A stretch of 40,957 bases of DNA from a virus (lineage: Duplodnaviria; Caudoviricetes), in the IMG/VR virus record IMGVR_UViG_3300048598_000529, positions 1 through 40,957 of that record. One strand, given 5' to 3'. Positions 26,642 through 34,719 of this stretch are shown here, in pieces. The translations under genes were made by a program, and so were the position numbers. Numbering within the stretch: position 1 is the first letter of the stretch; every line of letters starts with the position of its first letter. The notes beneath the pieces were generated by a model that was not told where the DNA came from, searched no databases, and was given only the letters and a program-made list of their open reading frames with translations.

Positions 26642-27381
26642 TAGTTCCATCCACTGGCGCAAAACGCAAGACGATTGCGGTTCGCGGAAATCATCCTGTT
26701 TTTTGGTCGCGAAAACATCGCGTAAGGTTGACTCATCAGTTGCCGTATTTCTTGCTGCCGCAACGCTCTTCCAACCCACACGCGAATGAGATCGATCCGC
26801 GCGTCAAGTCGTTCCTGGTTCGCATCGTTCCCGATTGCCCCGAGTGATCCACTGACAGCAGAACTGGCAGTTCCGTCTGGCTTGCCATCGAGATAGAAAG
26901 TCAGCACCCCTGCATCGACCGATACAACCAGGTGATGCCATGCACCAATCGACACAGCGGAGTTCGAAACATGAGTTGCGCCGCTGTAATAGAAATCCAT
27001 CTTCTGGCTGGTCGCTCGCAAAAATAGCCCATACGAACCGCCTGGTTCTACGAGGATTGCTTCGTATGTCGTTGTGAATGTTCTCGGCCAAACCCACGCC
27101 TCAATTGTGAAGGTCGTTCCAGAGGTGATCGCCGTAAGCAGCGACGCCCTGCTTGTGGATGTCGGCAGATACGCTGCCATGCACGGGCCTGTTCGCCCCG
27201 GATAACTGTAGTAGTTGACACCGGAGGGAATCCGCACCGTGTTGCTGCCACGCCCGCAGGAGTCGTGCGCGGTCAATCCGGCCTGCTCATTGAACAACCA
27301 GCAAGCATACAGTCCATTGGTCAGCGGGTGCGACCAGTTGAGCTTTGCACCGGGCGGAGGTTTCTTTTTCCCGTACTTCAT
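26641..27381 (-). CDS. LamG/concanavalin-like domain protein
   Basis: GLYACWLFNEQAG..AHD; FTIEAWV; WHHLVV...FYLDG; ID..RVW..RAL...EI..L. Confidence 0.8.
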   Translation of the reverse strand: MKYGKKKPPPGAKLNWSHPLTNGLYACWLFNEQAGLTAHDSCGRGSNTVRIPSGVNYYSYPGRTGPCMAAYLPTSTSRASLLTAITSGTTFTIEAWVWPRTFTTTYEAILVEPGGSYGLFLRATSQKMDFYYSGATHVSNSAVSIGAWHHLVVSVDAGVLTFYLDGKPDGTASSAVSGSLGAIGNDANQERLDARIDLIRVWVGRALRQQEIRQLMSQPYAMFSRPKNRMISANRNRLAFCASGWN

Positions 27382-27914
27382 GCCGTCTGCTGTTGAAGAC
27401 CTTGATACCAAGCCGCGTTGCCGCTGCTGTGCAATGCGATGCCGCAGTAGTTCCGCACCACGAGGCCCCACTTGGGAGGCAGTATGCCGCCGAAACAGTT
27501 CGCCACTGAAAATGGAGCGGATTGATAAACCGCGTTGGTTCCGGTCGGGGTTACAGGAACAGGAATCACGGCCGCCAGAATCAGCGGCGATCCACCAACT
27601 GTCGGGTCGGTCATCGAATACGCAGCATCCGATGCGCCAATGGTCGCCTGCGTTCCTGCTACGCCACGCTCCGCGCCGTAATACCCATTTGTGCTGTCGG
27701 CGGTTCCGAATACATAGACATAGATCGCCTTGTCATTTGCGGCGGTTCCGCCCGTTGGAACAGTCACCTGCACCTGAGCGATAGCATCAAGGAACAGGTT
27801 CGAGGTGTTATCGACTACCGTCGATTGGCGTCCCGCTGTTGCAGACGACGCGAGAGAATCCAGCGTGATCGTGATCGCCGTGCCTGTCGTGCCGTATTTC
27901 TGCTTGATGTCCAT
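27378..27914 (-). CDS. conserved phage hypothetical protein
   Basis: ITLDSLASS..AGRQST.VDNT; FGGILPPKWGLVVRN. Confidence 0.75.
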   Translation of the reverse strand: MDIKQKYGTTGTAITITLDSLASSATAGRQSTVVDNTSNLFLDAIAQVQVTVPTGGTAANDKAIYVYVFGTADSTNGYYGAERGVAGTQATIGASDAAYSMTDPTVGGSPLILAAVIPVPVTPTGTNAVYQSAPFSVANCFGGILPPKWGLVVRNYCGIALHSSGNAAWYQGLQQQTA

Positions 27915-28324
27915 CAGTTCTCCCTCGCCGCCTGAACGTCCGCGAAGTCAACCGGACGCGCGAAGCCAAGCGATTGCCACACCGGAATTGATTGCTCGCC
28001 GAGTGACTTAATTGCTTCTCCTGCATCGCCGAGATTCATCGAGTCGATAAATGCACGAGTTGCGTCAAGCGACACGTCTACGCCACCGCGTGAGCCGTCG
28101 TTGTCACCGACGGCCATCAGAATGTGGTACAGGTGCTCGTCGCTCTGCTTGAGTCCGTCAAGGATCGTTTTCGCGGCAATGGGATTGAGCGAATAGAGCG
28201 TTCGAGCGTTGATGTAGAACGTCCGACGCACTGCGATTTGCATCGCGTTGATAGCGGTCGCGACTTCATCGTCCGTTCCGGTGATGCTGTTCACAGCAAT
28301 GAAGTTTTTCAGTTCCTCAATCAT
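27914..28324 (-). CDS. hypothetical protein
   Basis: 136 aa, coupled to the downstream gene. Confidence 0.7.
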   Translation of the reverse strand: MIEELKNFIAVNSITGTDDEVATAINAMQIAVRRTFYINARTLYSLNPIAAKTILDGLKQSDEHLYHILMAVGDNDGSRGGVDVSLDATRAFIDSMNLGDAGEAIKSLGEQSIPVWQSLGFARPVDFADVQAAREN

Positions 28325-28379
28325 GCGTCACCTATGCCCCTCCAGCCGCGCGAGGCGGGAATGCTGATCGGCGATGATT

Positions 28380-28547
28380 TCACGCTGCCGAGCGATCAAG
28401 GCGTCTTTCTCTTTGAGAATCTTTTGCAGGTTTCACTTGCTCTGATTCAACTGGTTTTGCAGGCATTTCCCGCGTCCCGATGATGGCTATTCCGAGAATC
28501 GAGCCCATCAGCAGGGACAGGAACAGGATGGACAGGATTCGGTTCAT
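28380..28547 (-). CDS. small membrane-anchored protein
   Basis: MNRILSILFLSLLMGSILGIAIIG; ATGA coupling. Confidence 0.5.
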   Translation of the reverse strand: MNRILSILFLSLLMGSILGIAIIGTREMPAKPVESEQVKPAKDSQRERRLDRSAA

Positions 28548-28771
28548 CGTCTCCGCTGCATCTCGTCGAGCTTCCCATCGATTCGATAGAGCAGTTGCGT
28601 GTTCTGCCTGATCTGATCTTCGATGGTCAAAATGGTTGAGTCGTGCTGGGCGTCCTTCTCCTGCAATGACCGCACATCGGCTTTGAGAGAAAACCACCCG
28701 CCCATTGCGGCGAAGAGGATGAGCCCGATTTGAATCCAGTCGCCGACACCGATTTTCCTGAAGGCATTCAT
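28544..28771 (-). CDS. holin/spanin-like single-TM coiled-coil protein
   Basis: WIQIGLILFAAMGGWF then heptad-rich ...LYRIDGKLDEM. Confidence 0.65.
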   Translation of the reverse strand: MNAFRKIGVGDWIQIGLILFAAMGGWFSLKADVRSLQEKDAQHDSTILTIEDQIRQNTQLLYRIDGKLDEMQRRR

Positions 28772-29190
28772 TTTCCGCCCTTTTTGGTTTTTCCTTGGAG
28801 TTCGAGGATTTTTGCGTCTTTGCGTTTCACGTCGGTACGCCTGCCGAGCATTGGCACGAACATCCCGATTGCAGTACCGATGAGTGGCCCGAGCGGGGTT
28901 GGAATCGCCTGTGCCGCGCTAGAAGCCGCCGTGAGGATGTTGGTGATGACCGTCTCCTGAAGGTCGATGAGCTTGTACGCCGCCTGCGCCCTGGCGTTGA
29001 ATGCGGTCACTTCCGCGTCAAGTTGCAGCCGAGTCACAAACTCTTTCGGGTTCGACGGGCTTGGCGCCTTGGGTTGAATCAGCGTGCCGCATCCGAGAAA
29101 CGCGAGCACGCCGAGCACCAGTGCCCACGACAGGAACTGGTAGCGGTTGTGGGAAATCCACTTCAATGTTGAATGGATGTAGTCGGTCAT
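28768..29190 (-). CDS. putative lipoprotein / membrane protein (lysis cluster)
   Basis: LVLGVLAFLGC lipobox-like sequence; second hydrophobic segment near the C-terminus. Confidence 0.65.
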   Translation of the reverse strand: MTDYIHSTLKWISHNRYQFLSWALVLGVLAFLGCGTLIQPKAPSPSNPKEFVTRLQLDAEVTAFNARAQAAYKLIDLQETVITNILTAASSAAQAIPTPLGPLIGTAIGMFVPMLGRRTDVKRKDAKILELQGKTKKGGK

Positions 29191-30113
29191 ACCTTTTTCC
29201 CGTTGAACGTGCAGTTTCGCACCACCAGCTTCGTCGCCTTCCCGCTCAGGAATCTCGCGGACTTCGGCCCGGTGAAGTGGCAGTTCTCCACCGTGATTTC
29301 GCGAGGTATTTCCCTTGGCCCGTAGGCTTTTTCGAGGGTGATGAGGGTGTTGCTGCCATCCAGCCGCCCACGCATGTTTCGCAGGGTGATATTGCGTGTG
29401 CCTGCCTCGATGATGATGTACCCGGCAAACTCGAAATCATCGACCAGGACATCTTCGCATCGCAAACCAAGCATTCGGTCCCGCTCCGGCCCGATGGGGA
29501 GATTGATCCCGCCGTCCTTGTCTGCCAGCGGCCCGATGGGGAACTGCCCTGATCCTCGCGAGCCTTCCACGCTCACATGCTTAACGTCCCGCAGGTTGAG
29601 GCACGCGCCGTTTTTCTTCTGCCATGGGGCGTGCTGGGGGTTCTGCAGGTCGCATTCGGTGACGAACAACCCATTGACGTTGTGTGCTCGAAGAATGTGC
29701 TCGTGGATGCTGCCGGCACTCCAGCACTTGATGAGCCGGATATTCTCGTGGACAGGATCGATTCCCCGCTTTCCCCCGAAGTAGAACAGCCCAAACGTGG
29801 TGGTGGGAACATCGCAGCCGCAGTCCTGAATCACCAGGTTGCGGACACCGCCGAGACCGCAATCGACAAGCGAGCCGCCCGTGATGAGGCGACAGCCGAT
29901 CAGTTCGTTATCGACGCTGCCCGGCAAGCCCTGAAATAGCACCGAACGCGACGACAGCTTGGCGTCGATGTTGCTCACGGTCACGTCCCGCGTCTTGGAC
30001 GTGATAACCGCCGCCTTTTTGCTGCTGCCGTGCGAAAACGCCACCACCGCCCGGCCCGTGTCGGGGTGGATGGTGACGGGCTTATTCGCGATTGTCGGGA
30101 ATTTCGGGATCAT
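29187..30113 (-). CDS. right-handed parallel beta-helix (pectin-lyase-like) protein
   Basis: Repeated N/D-[VI]-x-[VI]-x-x-C rungs (NLVIQDC, ENIRLIKC, NITLRNM, EITVENCHF, VVRNCTF). Confidence 0.7.
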   Translation of the reverse strand: MIPKFPTIANKPVTIHPDTGRAVVAFSHGSSKKAAVITSKTRDVTVSNIDAKLSSRSVLFQGLPGSVDNELIGCRLITGGSLVDCGLGGVRNLVIQDCGCDVPTTTFGLFYFGGKRGIDPVHENIRLIKCWSAGSIHEHILRAHNVNGLFVTECDLQNPQHAPWQKKNGACLNLRDVKHVSVEGSRGSGQFPIGPLADKDGGINLPIGPERDRMLGLRCEDVLVDDFEFAGYIIIEAGTRNITLRNMRGRLDGSNTLITLEKAYGPREIPREITVENCHFTGPKSARFLSGKATKLVVRNCTFNGKKV

Positions 30114-30279
30114 TTGAATCAGATTCCCACCCAGAAAGCGACCTTTGCAACCAGTCCAAAAAGTCGGCGCGCCGCATTTTCCTTGAAATTTCGGAGTCGC
30201 CGGAGCCTCGCGTGGGGTCGAACAGTTCCAGCGGTGCTGACTCGGCCAGCCGGATGATTTGCTCGCGGGTGAACATCAC
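30082..30279 (-). CDS. hypothetical protein
   Basis: 65 aa, GTGA coupling, GGAGG upstream. Confidence 0.5.
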   Translation of the reverse strand: MMFTREQIIRLAESAPLELFDPTRGSGDSEISRKMRRADFLDWLQRSLSGWESDSNDPEIPDNRE

Positions 30280-30575
30280 GCGATCTTCGCCGCCTCCAGA
30301 ATCTCATCATGGAACAACGATTCGCTGGCGTCGAAATCCGAGATAAACAGGTTCTCACCGCACCAGAGGAACCCAAGAGCGTGCATCCAGGTAATCAATT
30401 CAGCCTGTGTAGGCCAGTGCCCGTCGCGTTGGTGACGCTGTTTCGCCAGTTCGAGCAAATCGACGAGGATGATCCACAACTTGCACCCCCTCGCAGGGCG
30501 GTGGGCGACTCCAGTACCCGAAGGCCCAGCCGCCTCGCAGGGGTAGCGAACCGTTGCGCCAATGCAACAGGTCAT
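30276..30575 (-). CDS. hypothetical protein
   Basis: 99 aa in operon orientation. Confidence 0.5.
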   Translation of the reverse strand: MTCCIGATVRYPCEAAGPSGTGVAHRPARGCKLWIILVDLLELAKQRHQRDGHWPTQAELITWMHALGFLWCGENLFISDFDASESLFHDEILEAAKIA

Positions 30576-30627
30576 TCAAATCCCCGCCGTGCGGTTTAGA
30601 CACGACGGAGATGAAAGGATGGAGCGG

Positions 30628-31422
30628 TCAAGCATTGAGAACTTGGGTGATTTTCGCCCGAGTCCCAATCAACTCCAGTTGAATCGCAGAGAGTCGCTGC
30701 GACCGTTGACCTTGTCGGTGATGGATTGCGGTGATTCTCCGCTCGATTTCCATTCGCTCCGACTCAAGTTTCCCGGCCAGTTCGGTATCGGAGTTTCCTT
30801 CCCTCTCCAATTGGTCTGCCTCTTCCATGAGCCGCTGGTGTTCAAGCACCGAAGAGGCGAACACCTTACTTTGAGAGAACGCGCCGGCGAGTTTTGCCAC
30901 GCCGCCCGCCGTTACCTTGGTTTGGCTGGGTGCTTGCTCAGGTTGCTCAGGTTGCTCAAGTTGTGTGGATTCGAGCCTTTCAAGCTCGGAATCGCGACGG
31001 GCGATAGCCTTGGATTCTGGCAGAGATTCGATTCCGCCAGTCATTCCGTTGCTGGCGCACCGTTGCCGAAAGTGCTTCGCGTCGTCCCCAGACTTGAACC
31101 GAAGCCATTTTTCATCAGCTTCGACCCATTGCGTTCCTGTCCATCCAGTCAAATCCTTGACGTTGATGACCACCCATGGCTCTGAGGTGTTAGTTTCCTG
31201 CACCTGCGGGACAGAAATCCCATGTTGAAGATTTCGCGACTTGTCCAGACGCACATCCTCGACACGGGGGTATCGCTCGCCGCCCTTGTCTCCACCGACC
31301 ACCGTTGCGGTCTTTCCTCGCACATAAGTAATCCGGCCCGCCGAGTCGCGGTATCTGTCATGGCTTTTCACGACCACGAAGGCGCGTACTGACGCGGCTG
31401 CCTCTGCCTCTTCTCTCGTCAT
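30628..31422 (-). CDS. hypothetical protein with C-terminal coiled coil
   Basis: AAAGGA RBS before ATG 31422; EQP repeats. Confidence 0.65.
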   Translation of the reverse strand: MTREEAEAAASVRAFVVVKSHDRYRDSAGRITYVRGKTATVVGGDKGGERYPRVEDVRLDKSRNLQHGISVPQVQETNTSEPWVVINVKDLTGWTGTQWVEADEKWLRFKSGDDAKHFRQRCASNGMTGGIESLPESKAIARRDSELERLESTQLEQPEQPEQAPSQTKVTAGGVAKLAGAFSQSKVFASSVLEHQRLMEEADQLEREGNSDTELAGKLESERMEIERRITAIHHRQGQRSQRLSAIQLELIGTRAKITQVLNA

Positions 31423-31456
31423 CGAACACCATCCTTTCGAGTAGGTGCGAATCGAC

Positions 31457-32122
31457 TTAATTCTGCCGCGATTTCGCGGCAACTTGTTCGAGCGCCCGGC
31501 TATCCATGTACTCAACTTCCGGGCGTTTTCCTGCTGGTTTAGGCGGATCAGGCAGTTGGATGCCCGCCGCCTGCAGTTTTGCGTTAGCCGACAGGAGCAA
31601 CTGCCTGACCCAAGTCTTAGACCGGTTCATCAGCGCGGCGATTCCGCGTTGGGAGATGCCTTCCCACTGATGGCAAAGCGCCGCGATTTCGGTGTCTCGC
31701 AGGTGAGCTTGTCGCAGGATCTGCATCAAAACGGTTCGCCGTGCGTCTCTAACCGAATGGGTTTCGTGGTCACTGACCGCAGGTCGGACGGCGCAATCCT
31801 GACAGACGTGGAAGACGAAGACCCCGACGAGGTACTGTGGTGGGAAGGTATGTCCGCATCGGTCGCAGCGTGCCATGCGGACGCGGTCGCCAACCGGTGG
31901 GAAGATGCCCATCTCCGCGACCTTGGCGAGCAGCCTTGCGGTGGTGGGTCGCATCCCGGCGCGTTCAGCTTCCGCCGATGCGTGCTCTGTCCATGGTTCT
32001 GATGGGGTGACAGTGAACAGCTTGTTTCGCAGCCGATCTCTCTCGGCAAGCGACAATGGGGGGTGGACCTTCTTCAGTGCCTTCCGCAGCTTCCGTGCGG
32101 CACGATGAGAAATTGCGACCAT
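31457..32122 (-). CDS. late transcription regulator candidate (Zn finger + sigma70 region-4-like HTH)
   Basis: CDRC...CQDC; LRDTEIAAL...EGISQRGIAALMNRSKTWVRQLL.SANAKL; AGGAG RBS; upstream of lysis and structural genes. Confidence 0.7.
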   Translation of the reverse strand: MVAISHRAARKLRKALKKVHPPLSLAERDRLRNKLFTVTPSEPWTEHASAEAERAGMRPTTARLLAKVAEMGIFPPVGDRVRMARCDRCGHTFPPQYLVGVFVFHVCQDCAVRPAVSDHETHSVRDARRTVLMQILRQAHLRDTEIAALCHQWEGISQRGIAALMNRSKTWVRQLLLSANAKLQAAGIQLPDPPKPAGKRPEVEYMDSRALEQVAAKSRQN

Positions 32123-32203
32123 GCGTGACTCCTAACTACCATCGGGAGCAATGCGAGGTACAATCGCATTCGGTAGTCGGAGTCCAATCCGATGAATTGT
32201 TCC

Positions 32204-32227
32204 AGCCCGGTTGCCGCCGGGCTTTTT
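32204..32227 (+). terminator. terminator-like hairpin (U-tract on the + strand)
   Basis: AGCCCGG-TTGCCG-CCGGGCT followed by TTTT. Confidence 0.45.
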
Positions 32228-32517
32228 CATTCTTCGGGGATGTTCGCGATCTTCTCCACCCCGCGAGCGATCCGCGTGAGCAGCCCCGCCATGACCGCGT
32301 GACGTTCCCCGAATTTGCCGATGTCCGCCTGCCAAGCCTCCATCGCCTCGGCCTGGGCGCGGATGCGTTTGAGTTCATCCACCTGTACCGCCGCGGCGAT
32401 CACCGCGTTCACCGTCCTCAGGATCAGCGCGCGTTCGGCTTCGGTGTTCGTATCCGTGACGGCCAAATGATCGATGATCGATCGGGGAATCTCCGCGTAT
32501 ATATTGTATTTGAGCAT
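32227..32517 (-). CDS. hypothetical protein
   Basis: MLKYNIYAEIP..., GAGGA RBS. Confidence 0.6.
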   Translation of the reverse strand: MLKYNIYAEIPRSIIDHLAVTDTNTEAERALILRTVNAVIAAAVQVDELKRIRAQAEAMEAWQADIGKFGERHAVMAGLLTRIARGVEKIANIPEE

Positions 32518-32651
32518 GGATTGGTTTCCTCGTCCCATTCTCCTGCAAGCACCTCGAAGGCGATGAAGTATTCAAGCGGTCGCGGGTTCGGCGTGACTTC
32601 GCAGTACCGGCGCCAGCGTTGTTTCTGCCGCTGTTGATTCGATAGTCCCAT
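32424..32651 (-). CDS. hypothetical protein
   Basis: MGLSNQQRQKQRW..., GGAGGAG RBS; overlaps the next gene by 94 nt. Confidence 0.4.
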   Translation of the reverse strand: MGLSNQQRQKQRWRRYCEVTPNPRPLEYFIAFEVLAGEWDEETNPCSNTIYTRRFPDRSSIIWPSRIRTPKPNAR

Positions 32652-32652
32652 C

Positions 32653-32907
32653 TCACTCCTCCCGCCGCATGGCGGCGTCAACACGCGCCAACGCGGTGTA
32701 GTATCCGTAGTCGAAGTCGTCTTCTTCTGATGCTTTATCGGCCTGAGATCGATTTATGGCTACCGCCTCCCTCGCCCGGCGCAGTTCGCATAGAAGGGCG
32801 ACGATAATGCTTGCCTCGGCGACAGAAAGCGTCACGGGTCGCGTTGACTTTTCTGCCAACTGAATGGAGATTTCATCGATTGCTTCGGATAGTTCGTATT
32901 CACTCAT
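32653..32907 (-). CDS. hypothetical protein
   Basis: 84 aa; starts in a junction repeat. Confidence 0.65.
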   Translation of the reverse strand: MSEYELSEAIDEISIQLAEKSTRPVTLSVAEASIIVALLCELRRAREAVAINRSQADKASEEDDFDYGYYTALARVDAAMRREE

Positions 32908-33209
32908 TTCGTCTCCTCTTCAACCTTGTCCGATTTGGAAACAGTTGGCTCGCTCACAATGTAGTCCCACGACAGGACAAAACATCGCCTCAGTTTTTCG
33001 GTTCCATCTTTGTGCGTCTCGTGGAATCCGTCTCCATCCACGATAGGGATGTGCATGATCTGTGCTTCTGCGAGGTCGCAAATCTCAAATGTGCCGTTGC
33101 CGTCCCACAGGGACGATTTATCGACGCAGACCCTAACGCGTCCGTTGCCTCGCGCGACCTCCGCGTCAACGAGTTTCTTTAACCGATTCAGTGTCATTGT
33201 GGTTTTCAT
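32904..33209 (-). CDS. hypothetical protein
   Basis: 101 aa bounded by junction repeats. Confidence 0.7.
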   Translation of the reverse strand: MKTTMTLNRLKKLVDAEVARGNGRVRVCVDKSSLWDGNGTFEICDLAEAQIMHIPIVDGDGFHETHKDGTEKLRRCFVLSWDYIVSEPTVSKSDKVEEETK

Positions 33210-33427
33210 TTCGTCTCCTCGCCCGCGAGGGCTTCCTTAATCCACCATCTACCCACTCGCTTCGATATTACGATACGAAACCGAGGATCGTGTTCGACCA
33301 AAGACCGGATGTATCGATAGCCCCGGTTGATCCTAAGAGCGAGGCTAGAGATGCTTATCCCAGAGGGATATTCACGCACAATCTCAAGAAGCCAGCGCGC
33401 ATCTTTCTCTCTGCATGGAAGGTTCAT
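33206..33427 (-). CDS. small winged-helix-like protein
   Basis: LLEIVREYPSGISISSLALRINRGYRYIRSLV; ATGA coupling. Confidence 0.55.
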   Translation of the reverse strand: MNLPCREKDARWLLEIVREYPSGISISSLALRINRGYRYIRSLVEHDPRFRIVISKRVGRWWIKEALAGEETK

Positions 33428-33651
33428 TCTGTATTCTCGCTTAGGTGTTTTCGACGATAGTAACGTCCGCACTCCGGACACCTGATCATGCCGCGATCAA
33501 CCGGCAAGCCGTGCAGCGAGTACCCACATTGGCAAACCTGTCTCTCGCAGTGACGGCACGTCACCGGTCTCGTTCGCAGCTCGCCCCAAATCCACGCAGA
33601 ACAGAAGACGATCACGACGCCAAGCCAAAATATAGCTTCGTTGGTGGTCAT
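33424..33651 (-). CDS. membrane-anchored zinc-ribbon protein
   Basis: TM helix then CRHC..CQCGYSLHGL...RCPECG. Confidence 0.65.
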   Translation of the reverse strand: MTTNEAIFWLGVVIVFCSAWIWGELRTRPVTCRHCERQVCQCGYSLHGLPVDRGMIRCPECGRYYRRKHLSENTE

Positions 33652-33833
33652 AGGCTTCCCCTTATGAACTGCACCGCACAAACAATGGCCGAAGCCAATA
33701 ATAGTGCAGCGGCAAGAAACGCCGCCCAGTGCCACGTCCAAGCCGCTACTCCGCCAGCGATTCCCGTCATCGCCGAAAACGTGAACATCCAATATTCGTT
33801 CGCACAAAGTTCTTCGTATTCTTTTTGGTTCAT
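33648..33833 (-). CDS. small two-TM membrane protein
   Basis: 61 aa; starts in a junction repeat. Confidence 0.6.
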   Translation of the reverse strand: MNQKEYEELCANEYWMFTFSAMTGIAGGVAAWTWHWAAFLAAALLLASAIVCAVQFIRGSL

Positions 33834-34567
33834 TTCGTCTCCTCGCCCGCGATGGCGGCACGTCCGCTGTGAATGTCCTGCGTCCACACGGCAGACAGAA
33901 TTAGCCCGCCCGCTTTGATGAGATGGTCACGGCAATCCATAGTCTTGTCGCCGCCGAGCTTCGCACGCTCAAGGTGAGCAACTATGAAACCAAGCCAGTC
34001 AATCAAGGCGTGCGACAAGTCACCACGACGGGGATCGTCGTATCCAATGCCGTCGTCGTCGCGAACTCCCCAATACTTCTGCTGTCCGTGCAGTCTCGCT
34101 TCAGCGAACGCTTGCAGGATCGGAATGATTTGTTCAGCATCTTTTCCAGCCGCCGCCTCGATCTTCCGCAGGCTGGCGATTCGCTCCGCTGCGACACGCT
34201 CGGCATCGCGCCAGTCCTTCACAATATCATCCAGATCGCCGGTGAAGTTGCAGAGGTTCGCAACTCGCTCCTTCCAGCTCATGCCAGAAGCCAGCATCAG
34301 GGTGGTAGCTACTCCGGTCACGGTGTTCATCTCCTTGGATCGCCTCGCCTGGTCTAGTCGCAGGCATTCGTTCTCTTCACGCAGGCGGGCGTTGTCGGCA
34401 CGCAGTCGCTTTACTTCAGCATGGATGTTTGGGAACGCTGTCCAGATACAGTCTCTCCAATCCTGCAATGCTTCCAATGAGTGTGTTTTTGCCACTTCGT
34501 TCCATAACGCTTCCAGTCGCACCATCACATCCGGAGCCTTCCCCAACACGTCGTTTTCGTCGGTCAT
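33830..34567 (-). CDS. coiled-coil protein with possible MazG-like C-terminal domain
   Basis: EARLHGQQKYWG...HALIDW..FI...RDHLIKAGGLILSA. Confidence 0.6.
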   Translation of the reverse strand: MTDENDVLGKAPDVMVRLEALWNEVAKTHSLEALQDWRDCIWTAFPNIHAEVKRLRADNARLREENECLRLDQARRSKEMNTVTGVATTLMLASGMSWKERVANLCNFTGDLDDIVKDWRDAERVAAERIASLRKIEAAAGKDAEQIIPILQAFAEARLHGQQKYWGVRDDDGIGYDDPRRGDLSHALIDWLGFIVAHLERAKLGGDKTMDCRDHLIKAGGLILSAVWTQDIHSGRAAIAGEETK

Positions 34568-34719
34568 TTGTCGCCTCGTTTCAGTTTGTCGATCATCTCT
34601 ACAAGGTTGTCATACGCAGGGTCACTTTTCAGAAACTCTCTCAACTCCACCACCTCCAGCGCCGCCAGCAGGCGACGCTCGTAGTGAGCCTGGGCGAGTT
34701 GTTTCATTCGGTACGTCAT
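34564..34719 (-). CDS. 51-aa hypothetical protein
   Basis: MTYRMKQLAQAHYERRLLAALEVV...KRGDK; ATGA overlaps at both ends. Confidence 0.6.
   Translation of the reverse strand: MTYRMKQLAQAHYERRLLAALEVVELREFLKSDPAYDNLVEMIDKLKRGDK

Larger units (their letters stand above)
32904..33852. repeat. gene-junction repeats (GCGGGC)GAGGAGACGAAATGA
   Basis: 24-bp identity at 33205-33228 and 33829-33852; 15-bp core at 32904-32918; degenerate copy at 34564-34577. Confidence 0.85.

Noticed and set aside
28511-28540. Plus-strand CAGGA/CAGGATG repeats resembling a CsrB-type sponge
   Set aside because: They are the antisense of ATC/CTG/TCC codons of a hydrophobic ILSILFLSLL helix; no hairpins or promoter support
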